A DNA stretch of 52,429 bases from a virus (taxonomy: Duplodnaviria; Caudoviricetes). Positions 27,769 through 36,851 of this stretch are shown here, piece after piece. The translations under genes and the position numbers were made by a program. The stretch spans positions 1-52,429 of IMG/VR virus record IMGVR_UViG_3300032516_002092; one strand, given 5' to 3'. The notes beneath the pieces are model-generated. The model saw nothing but the letters and a program-made list of their open reading frames with translations, had not been told where the DNA came from and made no database searches. Position 1 is the first letter of the stretch. Every line of letters starts with the position of its first letter.

Positions 27769-27797
27769 AGCCCGCCGGAGATGGTGGGCTTTTGTTT
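27769..27797 (+). terminator. Intrinsic terminator
   Basis: AGCCCGCC / GGTGGGCT stem followed by TTTGTTT. Confidence 0.65.
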
Positions 27798-27820
27798 GAG
27801 CAGTAGGAGGCAGCAGAAGC

Positions 27821-28120
27821 ATGGACGAGATCGTTGAACACCCGATTGGCAGCAAGGAGACCGACCCGGCCTTTGACCAAGAGTCGGAGATCATCCCGAT
27901 TGACCCCGAGGGCAAGTACCTGTTGCTGGCCCGCTTCCCCGAGACGGAAGACCGCAAGACGGCGATGGCAGCACTGGCGAAGCTGACAGCCCAGATCCGC
28001 AGGTGGCTGAAGTCCAGCGAACCTGTCCTCGTGCTGGGCGTGCTGGGCAAGGCCGACATCCGGCTGGCCAAAGTGGACTATCACGTCGGCCCGGTCAGGA
28101 TGAAGACCATGATCGACTGA
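27821..28120 (+). CDS. Hypothetical protein
   Basis: AGGAGG RBS, 99 aa. Confidence 0.6.
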   Translation: MDEIVEHPIGSKETDPAFDQESEIIPIDPEGKYLLLARFPETEDRKTAMAALAKLTAQIRRWLKSSEPVLVLGVLGKADIRLAKVDYHVGPVRMKTMID

Positions 28121-28133
28121 CATAGGAGATACG

Positions 28134-28532
28134 GTGCCGATCCGCTTCCGTGCCCTGGTTCCGAAGAAGCCGCTGATCGTCTCCTCGGCTGTGCATAGCC
28201 GACTGGAGAGGGCGCTGAACGACTTCGTATACCAGATTGAGAGATCTATGGCCACGTATCCGGTGCCAATGCCAACCAAATCCGGCTACGTTCGTACTAT
28301 GACCCTGGCGAGAAGCTGGTCCGTTGTCCGGGCGCACATGGCGGGCGGCAACCTGGTGGCTAGAGCTGGCAGCAACGCCGACGTGGCGCCTTACAACCGC
28401 TTCGTGGAGGGCGACTTGCAGACAGCCGAGATGCGGCGGCGCCAGTGGCCGATAGTCTACGACGTCGCCCAGAAACTCTGGCCCGAACTGCGGCGAGCGG
28501 TGCAGGCGGCGTTCAGGAACGGTGGAGCATAA
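28134..28532 (+). CDS. HK97 gp10-like neck/tail-completion protein
   Basis: YVRT.TLARSW...GSN...APY..FVEG. Confidence 0.55.
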   Translation: MPIRFRALVPKKPLIVSSAVHSRLERALNDFVYQIERSMATYPVPMPTKSGYVRTMTLARSWSVVRAHMAGGNLVARAGSNADVAPYNRFVEGDLQTAEMRRRQWPIVYDVAQKLWPELRRAVQAAFRNGGA

Positions 28533-29799
28533 CGAGGCGCCAACCGGCGATCTGGAGGTACAACCCATGGACGAACCAGTAACCAGTGAAGATGCCAAGC
28601 CCGAGCAGAAAGAGGGCCGCCGCCTGATGGCCCGCATGAAGGCCAAGCTCAAGGAGATCCTGACCGCCGTGGCCGAGATCGCCAAGTGGGCCGACTACGA
28701 CGACGGCGAAGAGCCTGAGTCTGACGACACGGCCACGGGCGAGGAAGCTTGCAAGCCGAAGAAGAAGGACGTCGCTACCATCGAAGGCGAAACCGGCTTC
28801 AAGGTCTACACCGACAAGGCGGGCAAGTCCCGTTGGCTGGCCTGGACGACCAACGCCTTCAAGGACAAGGACGGCGAGATCTTCCGCACGCAGGCACTGG
28901 AGGACGAGGTCTCCCGCACTGACAAGGAGTGGCCCGAGGGAGATCGCAAGCTCCTGTTCTGGCACCTTGGCCCCGCCGACATCGGGACCACTGACTGGCG
29001 GGGCGTAGTTGGGCGCATCCTGGTGGAGTCGGGCGTCTTCGATAGCACGTCCCGTGGCCAGAAGGCGCTGGCGTACTTCGCCAGTCACCCCGGCGACGAC
29101 TACCGGATGAGTCATGGCTACCGGTTCAAAAAGGACGACCGCGACGACGGAGTATACGAGTGGCTCCAAATCGTCGAGCGATCGGTGCTGCCTGGGTCCG
29201 CAGCCGCCAACCCGTTTACCAAATTCACTGCCAAGGAGTCAACCATGCTGGACGAAGCCAAGCGAAAGGCACTCGAGACCGTACTCGGGGCTGACGAGGC
29301 GGCGCTGATCATCAAGGCCGCCGAGGAGAAGACCAAGGAGTTGGAAAAGGACATCGCGTTCAAGGACACGCCGTCGACGCCGGATGCCGCCCCTGAGTCG
29401 GGGCCGCTGGTGCTGGACGAAACCGCCGTCAAGGCCATTGCCGACGCTGTGACCCAAAGCGCCGTCATAACCGAGATGGCGACCGCTGCTAAGGCCCAGG
29501 CCGAGATGCTGACCAACGTTGAGGCCAGTCAGAAGGCCGTATCCGATGCTCTGGCCGCGGCCCAGGCCACCATCGCCGCCCTCGATCTGCGGCTCAAGGC
29601 CGTCGAGAAGGTTGACGCTGAGAAGGTCAAGGCTGCCGTGGCCGGCGTCTCTCGGGCTGTCGTGTTCCGGGCCAGTCAGGACCCCTCGACTGCGGTGGAT
29701 GCTAAGGACGCCGAGGGCCAGAAGCTGGTGGCATCGTCTATCGGCCGCCCGGAGGACAACCCGGATTACCCGCTGAACCGTCCCCTGATCAAGAAATAG
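28522..29799 (+). CDS. Prohead protease / scaffold fusion
   Basis: DKDGEIF, LLFWH...IG, MSHGY, ERSVLP..AANP, then Ala-rich coiled coil; directly before capsid. Confidence 0.75.
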   Translation: MEHNEAPTGDLEVQPMDEPVTSEDAKPEQKEGRRLMARMKAKLKEILTAVAEIAKWADYDDGEEPESDDTATGEEACKPKKKDVATIEGETGFKVYTDKAGKSRWLAWTTNAFKDKDGEIFRTQALEDEVSRTDKEWPEGDRKLLFWHLGPADIGTTDWRGVVGRILVESGVFDSTSRGQKALAYFASHPGDDYRMSHGYRFKKDDRDDGVYEWLQIVERSVLPGSAAANPFTKFTAKESTMLDEAKRKALETVLGADEAALIIKAAEEKTKELEKDIAFKDTPSTPDAAPESGPLVLDETAVKAIADAVTQSAVITEMATAAKAQAEMLTNVEASQKAVSDALAAAQATIAALDLRLKAVEKVDAEKVKAAVAGVSRAVVFRASQDPSTAVDAKDAEGQKLVASSIGRPEDNPDYPLNRPLIKK

Positions 29800-29885
29800 C
29801 GCCCCTCTCCGGCGCGGTTCAGCGCCGGTGTCAGCAGCAGTAGGAGGCAGGAGCAGGCTAAATCTACGAAAGGACGGCCTGTGAA

Positions 29886-31355
29886 ATGGCTCCACTGACC
29901 TTCGACCCGAAAATGCTTGGGGATGCGTTCGCCCAAGCGCTCATCATGGCCCAGGGGCAGAAGACCGCCGGCGTGCCCACCGGTAACCTCATGTACGGAG
30001 CGCCTGTCCCCGGCGGCGCCGCCGGGTTCTTTGGAGTGTGTGGGCTCGACAACACGCTCATCAACGCATCGGTCGGTCCCCGCGGCATCGAGTCCATGCT
30101 ACCCTCGTTCGGTACCGACATCACTAACCCGCAATTTCCGATCCTGACTGGGTTCGACCAACTGGCTGGCCAGTCGGAACCGACCGGGGCCTGCGGGGAG
30201 TGCATCGTCGGAGAGTCTGAGGGCTGCATCCTGACCGCCCAGTTTGGCAAGGTTTGCCGCGGAACCAAGGAGTTGGCACTCACCGAGATCAACACCCGGT
30301 CGACCGCGGGCGAGATGCGACTCCGCATGTTCGGCTCGGTCACCGGCGCCGACGGGCAAGCGATCCCGGGCATGGGGCACGGGACCCTCATCACCGACGA
30401 GCGGGAGATCGCCCTGGTCGAGGCCGCGGTGCTTATGCAGCGCCGGCTGGCGCAAATGCTCTGGCAGGGCAACCCTGCGAACAACGTCGGACAGGGTTAC
30501 TGGGAGTTCCCGGGCTTCGATCTGCTGATCAATACCGGGAAGATCGACGCCCTGACCGGCGTGGCCTGCCCGGCGGCGGACAGCGATATCAAAAACTTCG
30601 CCCACCAGAACATCGTCACCAAGACGAACCCGGACATCGTCGAGCTCGTCTCCATGCTGGCGATGTACCTGGAGCACAACGCCGAGCGTATGGGCCTGAC
30701 CCCCGCCGAGTGGGTGGTCGTCATGCGGCCCGAGCTGTGGTACTCCCTGACTGAAGTGTGGGCCTGCCGGTACATGACCTACCGGTGCGCCGTCAACTCC
30801 AGCGTCACGCCAACGGTTGACACTGCAGTCACCATCCAGATGCGCGACCAGATGCGGGCCGGGAAGTACCTGTGGGTCAACGGACGCCAGTACCCGGTTG
30901 TCACCGACGACGGCATCTACGAGCACAACAACGCCAACACCGCCGGCATCCAGCCCGGCCAGTACTCCAGCGACATCTACTTCGTGCCGCTGCGAGTGAT
31001 GGGCACTCCGGTTACGTACATGGAATACCAAGATTTCAGCAAGACCCTGGCCGGTGTGCCGCTGAATCCCCAGAACTTCAACAGCAGCGTCTGGATCACC
31101 GATGGCGGGCGCTTCCTGGTGGACCGGACGTTCACCAACCGGTGCTACCACGACAACATCACCATCAAGACCCGCTTGATCCTGCGGACGCCGCAGCTTG
31201 CTGGCCGTGTTCAGAACGTCCTGTACACGCCGCTGCAGCACTTCCGGTCCGGGTTCGACACGAACTTTGACAGAACCGCCGACCCGTACTTCGCCAAGGG
31301 CGGCACTTCCAGCCGGCACGTGAGCCAGCTCTACAGTGAGTGGCACGCCCGCTAG
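29886..31355 (+). CDS. Major capsid protein
   Basis: 489 aa following protease/scaffold; LWQGNP...EFPGFD.LI; YSSDIYFVPL. Confidence 0.75.
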   Translation: MAPLTFDPKMLGDAFAQALIMAQGQKTAGVPTGNLMYGAPVPGGAAGFFGVCGLDNTLINASVGPRGIESMLPSFGTDITNPQFPILTGFDQLAGQSEPTGACGECIVGESEGCILTAQFGKVCRGTKELALTEINTRSTAGEMRLRMFGSVTGADGQAIPGMGHGTLITDEREIALVEAAVLMQRRLAQMLWQGNPANNVGQGYWEFPGFDLLINTGKIDALTGVACPAADSDIKNFAHQNIVTKTNPDIVELVSMLAMYLEHNAERMGLTPAEWVVVMRPELWYSLTEVWACRYMTYRCAVNSSVTPTVDTAVTIQMRDQMRAGKYLWVNGRQYPVVTDDGIYEHNNANTAGIQPGQYSSDIYFVPLRVMGTPVTYMEYQDFSKTLAGVPLNPQNFNSSVWITDGGRFLVDRTFTNRCYHDNITIKTRLILRTPQLAGRVQNVLYTPLQHFRSGFDTNFDRTADPYFAKGGTSSRHVSQLYSEWHAR

Positions 31356-31379
31356 CCGCAACCAATCGTGAGTAGTGGG

Positions 31380-31401
31380 GGGGAGGGTCAACACCCTCCC
31401 C
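31380..31401 (+). terminator. Stem-loop after capsid gene
   Basis: GGGGAGGGT-CAAC-ACCCTCCCC; weak U-tract. Confidence 0.45.
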
Positions 31402-31423
31402 TCGCTCTTCCCAAGGAGATGCA

Positions 31424-31648
31424 GTGAAGAAGGTGTTGGTGCAGTACGGGGGCACCTCGTGCCGCAAATGCGGTCAGCAGGGCTCACCCATCGAGGCCGT
31501 CGCCGTAGAGCACGGTATCGAGGATGTCGAGTTTCACCCGGACCGGGTGGTGGTCAACGGCGTGGAGGGTCCCGCCGTGTTCCCGCGGCCGGTAGGGTTT
31601 GTCAGGGTGAAAGCCGACGATGGGCAGCAGCAGCGAGGTGCTAAATGA
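31424..31648 (+). CDS. Hypothetical protein
   Basis: AAGGAG RBS, GTG start, overlaps next gene. Confidence 0.55.
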   Translation: MKKVLVQYGGTSCRKCGQQGSPIEAVAVEHGIEDVEFHPDRVVVNGVEGPAVFPRPVGFVRVKADDGQQQRGAK

Positions 31649-32673
31649 GCCGAGAGGGCAATCGCAAAGAGCAGCACGGCCGGGGCTGGCAGCTCGAGGG
31701 CAAGGTCCTGGTGACCGGTGGGACGGGGTCACTAGGCCAGGCCATCGTGCGGCGAGCCAAGCGGGACCGCTGGCCAGTCGAGTTCACCATCTTGTCCAGG
31801 GACGAGGTCAAGCAGGGGCAGATGCGGGCCATCTACCCGCAGTGCCGTTACCTCCTGGGTGACGTGCGGGACATGGACGCCCTGGAGATCGCGTGCCGAG
31901 GCCAGGACATTGTCATCCATGCCGCCGCCTATAAGCAGGTGCCGACCGCTGAGGTGAACGCACATGAAACGGTCAAGACGAACGTTTGCGGGTCGTGCAA
32001 CGTAGCTATGGCGGCTGTGCGAGCCAACGTCAAACAGGTGATCGGGATCTCGACCGATAAGGCGTGCTCACCAGTCAACCTGTACGGAAAGAGCAAGGCC
32101 ATCATGGAGGCCGTCTTCCAGCAGGCCAATACCTGGGGCGACACCCGGTTCTCCCTGACTCGCTATGGCAACGTGGTGGGCAGCCGGGGCAGCATCATCC
32201 CGCTGTTTCAGAAACAGGCGGCAGCAGGGCAGTCGCTCACCGTGACCGACCGGCGCATGAACCGCTTTTGGCTCTCGCTCCAGGACGCCGTAGACCTGAT
32301 CGTCCAGGCATGGCGGGAACCGGGGGCCGGGACTATCGTGGTGCCGAAGCTCCCTAGCATGTTGGTCGTGGACCTGGCCCGGGTGGTATGGGAGATGCAC
32401 GGGTCACTCCGTGGGGCAGCCCTGCCGGCGTACATCGTCGACATCGGCATTCGCCCGGGTGAGAAGATCGACGAGCACCTCCTCCATCGGGGCGAGTCGC
32501 TGCACACTGAGGACCGTGGCGAGTTCTATCGTGTGTACCCGGCGTCGTCGGGTTACCACGGGTGCCTGCCGGATGGGTTCGAGTATCGCACAGACACCAC
32601 GGAGCTGCGGCTATCGTACGGCGGCATGCAGAGCATGATCCGGGAGAGTGAGCAGGAGGAGCAGGATGTCTGA
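31645..32673 (+). CDS. UDP-GlcNAc 4,6-dehydratase (PseB/CapD-like, Polysacc_synt_2)
   Basis: VTGGTGSLG, SRDE.KQ, GDVRD, HAAAYKQVP, STDKA..PVNLYGKSK, RYGNVVGSRGS, GIRPGEK. Confidence 0.92.
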   Translation: MSREGNRKEQHGRGWQLEGKVLVTGGTGSLGQAIVRRAKRDRWPVEFTILSRDEVKQGQMRAIYPQCRYLLGDVRDMDALEIACRGQDIVIHAAAYKQVPTAEVNAHETVKTNVCGSCNVAMAAVRANVKQVIGISTDKACSPVNLYGKSKAIMEAVFQQANTWGDTRFSLTRYGNVVGSRGSIIPLFQKQAAAGQSLTVTDRRMNRFWLSLQDAVDLIVQAWREPGAGTIVVPKLPSMLVVDLARVVWEMHGSLRGAALPAYIVDIGIRPGEKIDEHLLHRGESLHTEDRGEFYRVYPASSGYHGCLPDGFEYRTDTTELRLSYGGMQSMIRESEQEEQDV

Positions 32674-33049
32674 GACCGTGGCCATCGCTGATACGTGCAA
32701 GGCACCCCACTGGACATGCTCTGGAAGCGCCTGCACCAACTGCCTTTGTGGCGTCCGCCTGGAGACCAGCAACCTGGATGCCCTGTTCAAGCAGGCGGAC
32801 GCATCGCTGGACAGCCTGAAGGTGGCTGTTTGCTTACGTGACGAGCTGCAGCCTGGTGCATGGCTCCGAGAGTCTGTTCGGGCGCTGAAGCCGGGCGGCG
32901 AGATGCGCTTTACCCTGCTGGCTGAGAAGCGTGGCGGCAATATGTCGCCAGCTTACCTCATGTCGTGGCTGGACGAACACCGCCAGTGGACCATGCAGCG
33001 CACAGCGGGCGGCGACATCCTGCTGTGGCTGCGCAAGAACTACGCATGA
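32666..33049 (+). CDS. Hypothetical protein, possible degenerate methyltransferase
   Basis: ESVRALKPGG motif; coupled overlaps at both ends. Confidence 0.45.
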   Translation: MSETVAIADTCKAPHWTCSGSACTNCLCGVRLETSNLDALFKQADASLDSLKVAVCLRDELQPGAWLRESVRALKPGGEMRFTLLAEKRGGNMSPAYLMSWLDEHRQWTMQRTAGGDILLWLRKNYA

Positions 33050-33759
33050 CGACCATCACTGCTATCGTGACGGTGGGACCGTCCCCACAGCACAAGCACT
33101 GGCTACCGGAGTGCTTGGAAAGTATCTGGGCACAGTCGCGGCGCCCGGATAAGCTGATCGTCTTCGATGATGGGGCGCACCTCGACAAAGGGCAGCGCCC
33201 GGACTGGCTCCAGTGGTCACGTGTCGTATCGGCACCGTGGCACGTCGGCCAGACAGATGCGCTGAACTTCGCCATTGCCAAGGCCGAGACCGATACCGTC
33301 ATCCCGGTGGACAGCGACGACCGGCTTCTACCAGGCTGTCTGGAGGAGTGTGAGGCCGAGTACAACAGAATAGGCGACCCATGGCGCTACTACTACGTCT
33401 GCCTGGCGCTGGGCGATACTGGCCGGACCCAGGCTTGCGCTGGGGGCATTGCCCTGTTCAGCCGCCGCCTGTGGGCCTACCTGGGGGGTTATCCCGACGT
33501 GGGGCCGGGCTCGCCCGACGTGCCGTTTGTCGACCTCATCCTCCGCTATGCACATGGTGTGCACCCAGTCTGCGAGGGAAGGCCACTCTACTGGCACCGG
33601 GAGCACCCGCTGAACGGGGCGAAGGTGAACCTCCAGAAGCCGGACCTGTGGAATGGCTGGCTGCTGTTGAAGAAGTACCAAGCTGAGGACTGGCCCAACC
33701 AGGACCGGGGCTGGGTGCAGGGGTACGGGTTCGCAGAAGAAGCAGTGAGCAAGGGGTAA
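33046..33759 (+). CDS. GT2-family glycosyltransferase
   Basis: WLPECLESI.AQ, IVFDDG, VDSDD. Confidence 0.8.
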   Translation: MTTITAIVTVGPSPQHKHWLPECLESIWAQSRRPDKLIVFDDGAHLDKGQRPDWLQWSRVVSAPWHVGQTDALNFAIAKAETDTVIPVDSDDRLLPGCLEECEAEYNRIGDPWRYYYVCLALGDTGRTQACAGGIALFSRRLWAYLGGYPDVGPGSPDVPFVDLILRYAHGVHPVCEGRPLYWHREHPLNGAKVNLQKPDLWNGWLLLKKYQAEDWPNQDRGWVQGYGFAEEAVSKG

Positions 33760-33763
33760 CAGT

Positions 33764-34519
33764 ATGGCCGATGGCTGGCCGCAAGTAAGCGTTCTGCTCA
33801 TCACGTACAAGCGCATGGACCGGGCGCTGCTGACGCTGGAAGGTGTTCGCAACCACCTGGTCTATCCGGGTCCGCTTCACTACCACGTCGCTGACGATGG
33901 TAGCGGCGGCGACCACATAGCGCAGTTGGTGGCCGAGTGCGCCCGGGACCCTCGTGCAGTCAGCGTGACATCCACTGACGCCGCTCGGGCGGGCGTGGGC
34001 GTGTCGATGAACCTCGGTCAGCACGTGTGCTGGGAGCGCTCCGACTACATCCTATGGCTAGAGGACGACTGGCAACTGACGGCACCTTTCAACCTGATGC
34101 CCTGCGTGGCAGTTCTTCGGGAGTGCCAGGACGTGGGCATGGTGCGGCTCGGCTACATGCAGCGGGGCATGACCGGGACGCTGGAGGCCGGGGGCGGCCA
34201 GTTGTGGTGGAGGTTGTCTTGGGACAGTTCTGACCCCTACGTCTTTACCGGCCACGCCGCCCTCCGGCACAAGCGATTCTGGGACTTCAACGGCGATTAC
34301 CCTGCGGGGCTGACGCCGGGAGATACCGAGGGCGTGTTTAGCGACAAGGTCCGACGTCGTCGGGGACCGGTGATGCTCTGGCCCGGCGAGGTCTGCATCT
34401 GGGGACCGTTCGGCCATATCGGTGGCGTGAGCCTGGCCGGTATGCCGGTCGGGGCGGCCTGGGACGGCGGCGACACACGACAGACACCAACGGCCGGTAT
34501 CGGCCTGCGGCCACAGTAG
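33764..34519 (+). CDS. GT2-family glycosyltransferase
   Basis: VSVLLITYKR, VADDGS, WLEDDW, HIG. Confidence 0.8.
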   Translation: MADGWPQVSVLLITYKRMDRALLTLEGVRNHLVYPGPLHYHVADDGSGGDHIAQLVAECARDPRAVSVTSTDAARAGVGVSMNLGQHVCWERSDYILWLEDDWQLTAPFNLMPCVAVLRECQDVGMVRLGYMQRGMTGTLEAGGGQLWWRLSWDSSDPYVFTGHAALRHKRFWDFNGDYPAGLTPGDTEGVFSDKVRRRRGPVMLWPGEVCIWGPFGHIGGVSLAGMPVGAAWDGGDTRQTPTAGIGLRPQ

Positions 34520-34537
34520 AAGCAGAGAGGAGCGTAG

Positions 34538-35131
34538 ATGTACGACGGAATCTCCGCCGAGTGGTGGATCGGCGGGCTCGCAGCCTATGACGCAGTGAAC
34601 GAGCGCCACATGTTGGCGCTACTGGCCCTGACGGGGCTTCCTGATACCTACCTGGATGTCGGGTCCGGCACCGGTGCCATGGTCAACCTGGCCCGCAAAC
34701 TGGGGGTGGACGCCTGGGGGGTCGACCAACTGCCGCGGGTGGACAAGTGGCTCCTGCCTCGGGACCTCCGGGAGCCGCTCAACCTGGGGCGGCGCTTTGA
34801 CCTGGTGACCTGTATCGAAGTAGCCGAGCACCTACCGGAGCCTAGTGCTGGTATCCTGTGCGACTCACTGGCCCGCCACGTGGAGGGGGGAGGTATCCTG
34901 GTGTTCAGCGCTTCCCTGCCGGGGCAGGCTGGAGCAGGGCACATCCATAACGCATCACCCCACTACTGGCGCACCCTGCTCTACGACCGGGGCCTGAGCT
35001 ACTCGTCGGGCCTGACCCTGAAGGCGTCACTGGTCTGGACGTGGATGCACACGCCCCTGGGCCACCTGGCGGCCAACCTGCAGGTGTTCACTATGGGCAC
35101 GCCGAACCTTCCCTCGGGGGTGGTGCCGTGA
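34538..35131 (+). CDS. Class I SAM methyltransferase
   Basis: YLDVGSGTG, FDLVTCIEVAEHL, GQ.G.GHI. Confidence 0.85.
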   Translation: MYDGISAEWWIGGLAAYDAVNERHMLALLALTGLPDTYLDVGSGTGAMVNLARKLGVDAWGVDQLPRVDKWLLPRDLREPLNLGRRFDLVTCIEVAEHLPEPSAGILCDSLARHVEGGGILVFSASLPGQAGAGHIHNASPHYWRTLLYDRGLSYSSGLTLKASLVWTWMHTPLGHLAANLQVFTMGTPNLPSGVVP

Positions 35132-35739
35132 GCGAGAAGTTGTTTGATGGTGAGACCCGGGAGGACTGGCTCTCTTCGCTGGTGCCGGTGGACATGGCGA
35201 TGGCCCGACATGCGATGGCCGTCTTCGCCCTGTTCGGCATTCCTGAGAACTACCTCGACGTTGGCTGTGGTACTGGGGCTATGGTGCGGGTGGCGCACAA
35301 CCTGGGGGTGAACGCCTACGGCCTGGACCAGCTTGGCGGGAACGAATCATGGTTGCCGAAGGTCAACCTGCGGGAAGACTTCGACCTGCGGCAGACGTTC
35401 GAGATCGTCTCCTGCGTGGAGGTGGCGGAGCACATCCCCCCGGAGAATCAGGCGACGTTTATCACGGCCCTGGTTCGGCACGTAGCCCTAGGCGGCGTGC
35501 TGGTCTTCACGTCGCCCTGGCCCAGCATGGCCAACAGCAGCCACAGCCACGTAAACATGCGGTACCCGCACGAGTGGCGCAAGGTGCTGTACGACGCCGG
35601 CCTGTCCTTCTCGTTCGCCCTGACTATCCAACTTGGCATGTTGTGGTCGAGCATCTGGTCGCCGCTGATGTGGCTGGCGCCAACACTGCAAGTGTTTACC
35701 AAGGGCACGCCTGACTTGCCGAGTGGGGTGGGGCAGTAG
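35128..35739 (+). CDS. Class I SAM methyltransferase (tandem paralog)
   Basis: YLDVGCGTG, CVEVAEHI; C-terminus LQVFTKGTPDLPSGV matches the previous gene's LQVFTMGTPNLPSGV. Confidence 0.85.
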   Translation: MSEKLFDGETREDWLSSLVPVDMAMARHAMAVFALFGIPENYLDVGCGTGAMVRVAHNLGVNAYGLDQLGGNESWLPKVNLREDFDLRQTFEIVSCVEVAEHIPPENQATFITALVRHVALGGVLVFTSPWPSMANSSHSHVNMRYPHEWRKVLYDAGLSFSFALTIQLGMLWSSIWSPLMWLAPTLQVFTKGTPDLPSGVGQ

Positions 35740-35751
35740 CAGGAGTAGGAG

Positions 35752-36090
35752 ATGGTGAGGGTTTGGCTTGTAACCATAGATGACGGTATTAGGGGCGTCT
35801 ACTCTTCTCAACGGATGGCTGCCAATGCTTTGCTGGACCTTCTACAAGCAGACATCCGGTATTACGCAGCAGTCGAGTGGCGTGAGGTCCATGTGCTGCC
35901 CAAAGGCTCACAGCAGGGTGAGACGCCGGTTGCCGTCTGGGTATTAATGGAGGATGGGCACATCAGAGGAGTCTACGACACTGAAGAGGCAGCAAGCGGG
36001 AGGCTGCAGTGGGATCTAAGGGCCGGACGATACCGCTGCGTCAACACAGGGAAGCACGTCGTTCAGGGAAGCATTAGCGGAGAGGCATGA
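35752..36090 (+). CDS. Small protein with duplicated VW...I.GVY module
   Basis: VWLVTIDDGIRGVYSS and VWVLMEDGHIRGVYDT. Confidence 0.6.
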   Translation: MVRVWLVTIDDGIRGVYSSQRMAANALLDLLQADIRYYAAVEWREVHVLPKGSQQGETPVAVWVLMEDGHIRGVYDTEEAASGRLQWDLRAGRYRCVNTGKHVVQGSISGEA

Positions 36091-36683
36091 GTAGGAGCAT
36101 GAAGGAGGCGAAGATCGCCGGAGAGTGGCGAGAGAACGCGTGGTACCGGTCTACCGGCGCTATCTGGCCGCTAGGGGTGCCCATCGGGCAGTCCTGGCTT
36201 GAGTTGGGGGCGCTGCTGACGGCTATCTGGCAGTACAAGGTGACGACCTTCGTCGAGCTGGGCTGTGAGCAGGGAGGTCTGTCGGCTGTCATGGCGGCCC
36301 GGACGCAGACGGTGCCGGGATTCCGCTACCTTGGGGTCGAGCTGTTCCCGCAGAAGTTGGATGCTGAGGCCGTCGCCCTGGTGGGGCGGTCGCCTAATGC
36401 CGAGCTGCTGTACGCCGATTGCTTTGTCGATTCGACAGTGCAGCGAGTAAAGGACGTGCTGGCCGCCAGCGATGGGCCGGCGTTCGTGTTCTGCGATAAC
36501 GGCAACAAGCCGAGGGAGTTTGAACTGTACTCGCAAGTCATCCGGTCGGGCGACCTGATCGCCGCCCACGACTACGCCACGGAGATCGGACCCGCGGACC
36601 TGCAGAAGCGGCCAGCGGATATCCACTGGCTTCAAGACCCGTGGCTAGAGGGGACATGCCTGGCGATGTTCAGGCGGCAGTAG
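36087..36683 (+). CDS. CmcI/Methyltransf_24-like methyltransferase
   Basis: FVELGCEQGG, FCDNGNK, GDLIAAHDY. Confidence 0.75.
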   Translation: MSRSMKEAKIAGEWRENAWYRSTGAIWPLGVPIGQSWLELGALLTAIWQYKVTTFVELGCEQGGLSAVMAARTQTVPGFRYLGVELFPQKLDAEAVALVGRSPNAELLYADCFVDSTVQRVKDVLAASDGPAFVFCDNGNKPREFELYSQVIRSGDLIAAHDYATEIGPADLQKRPADIHWLQDPWLEGTCLAMFRRQ

Positions 36684-36698
36684 CAGTAGGAGGGGGAG

Positions 36699-36851
36699 AT
36701 GAAGGTCTGGGTGGTTCTGGTTGGGTGGGATGTGGCAGGCATCTACGCTACAGAGGATATGGCAAAGGCTAAGAAGGACGCAGAGGTGGCGGAGGGCGTC
36801 CATTTCTGTATCCGTATTCAAGAACATGTCATCTCGGGGGCACCGGAGTGA
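36699..36851 (+). CDS. 50-aa protein, single copy of the VW...GIY module
   Basis: MKVWVVLVGWDVAGIYATEDMA...; AGGAGG RBS; GTGA overlap with next gene; below the ORF-track size cutoff. Confidence 0.6.
   Translation: MKVWVVLVGWDVAGIYATEDMAKAKKDAEVAEGVHFCIRIQEHVISGAPE

Noticed and set aside
30099-31487. Long minus-strand ORFs (also 36857-38524, 22007-23077, 1499-2380, 51661-52410)
   Set aside because: Antisense shadows of GC-rich real genes with no motifs, unlike 25314-26168, which has clear domains, an RBS and a promoter
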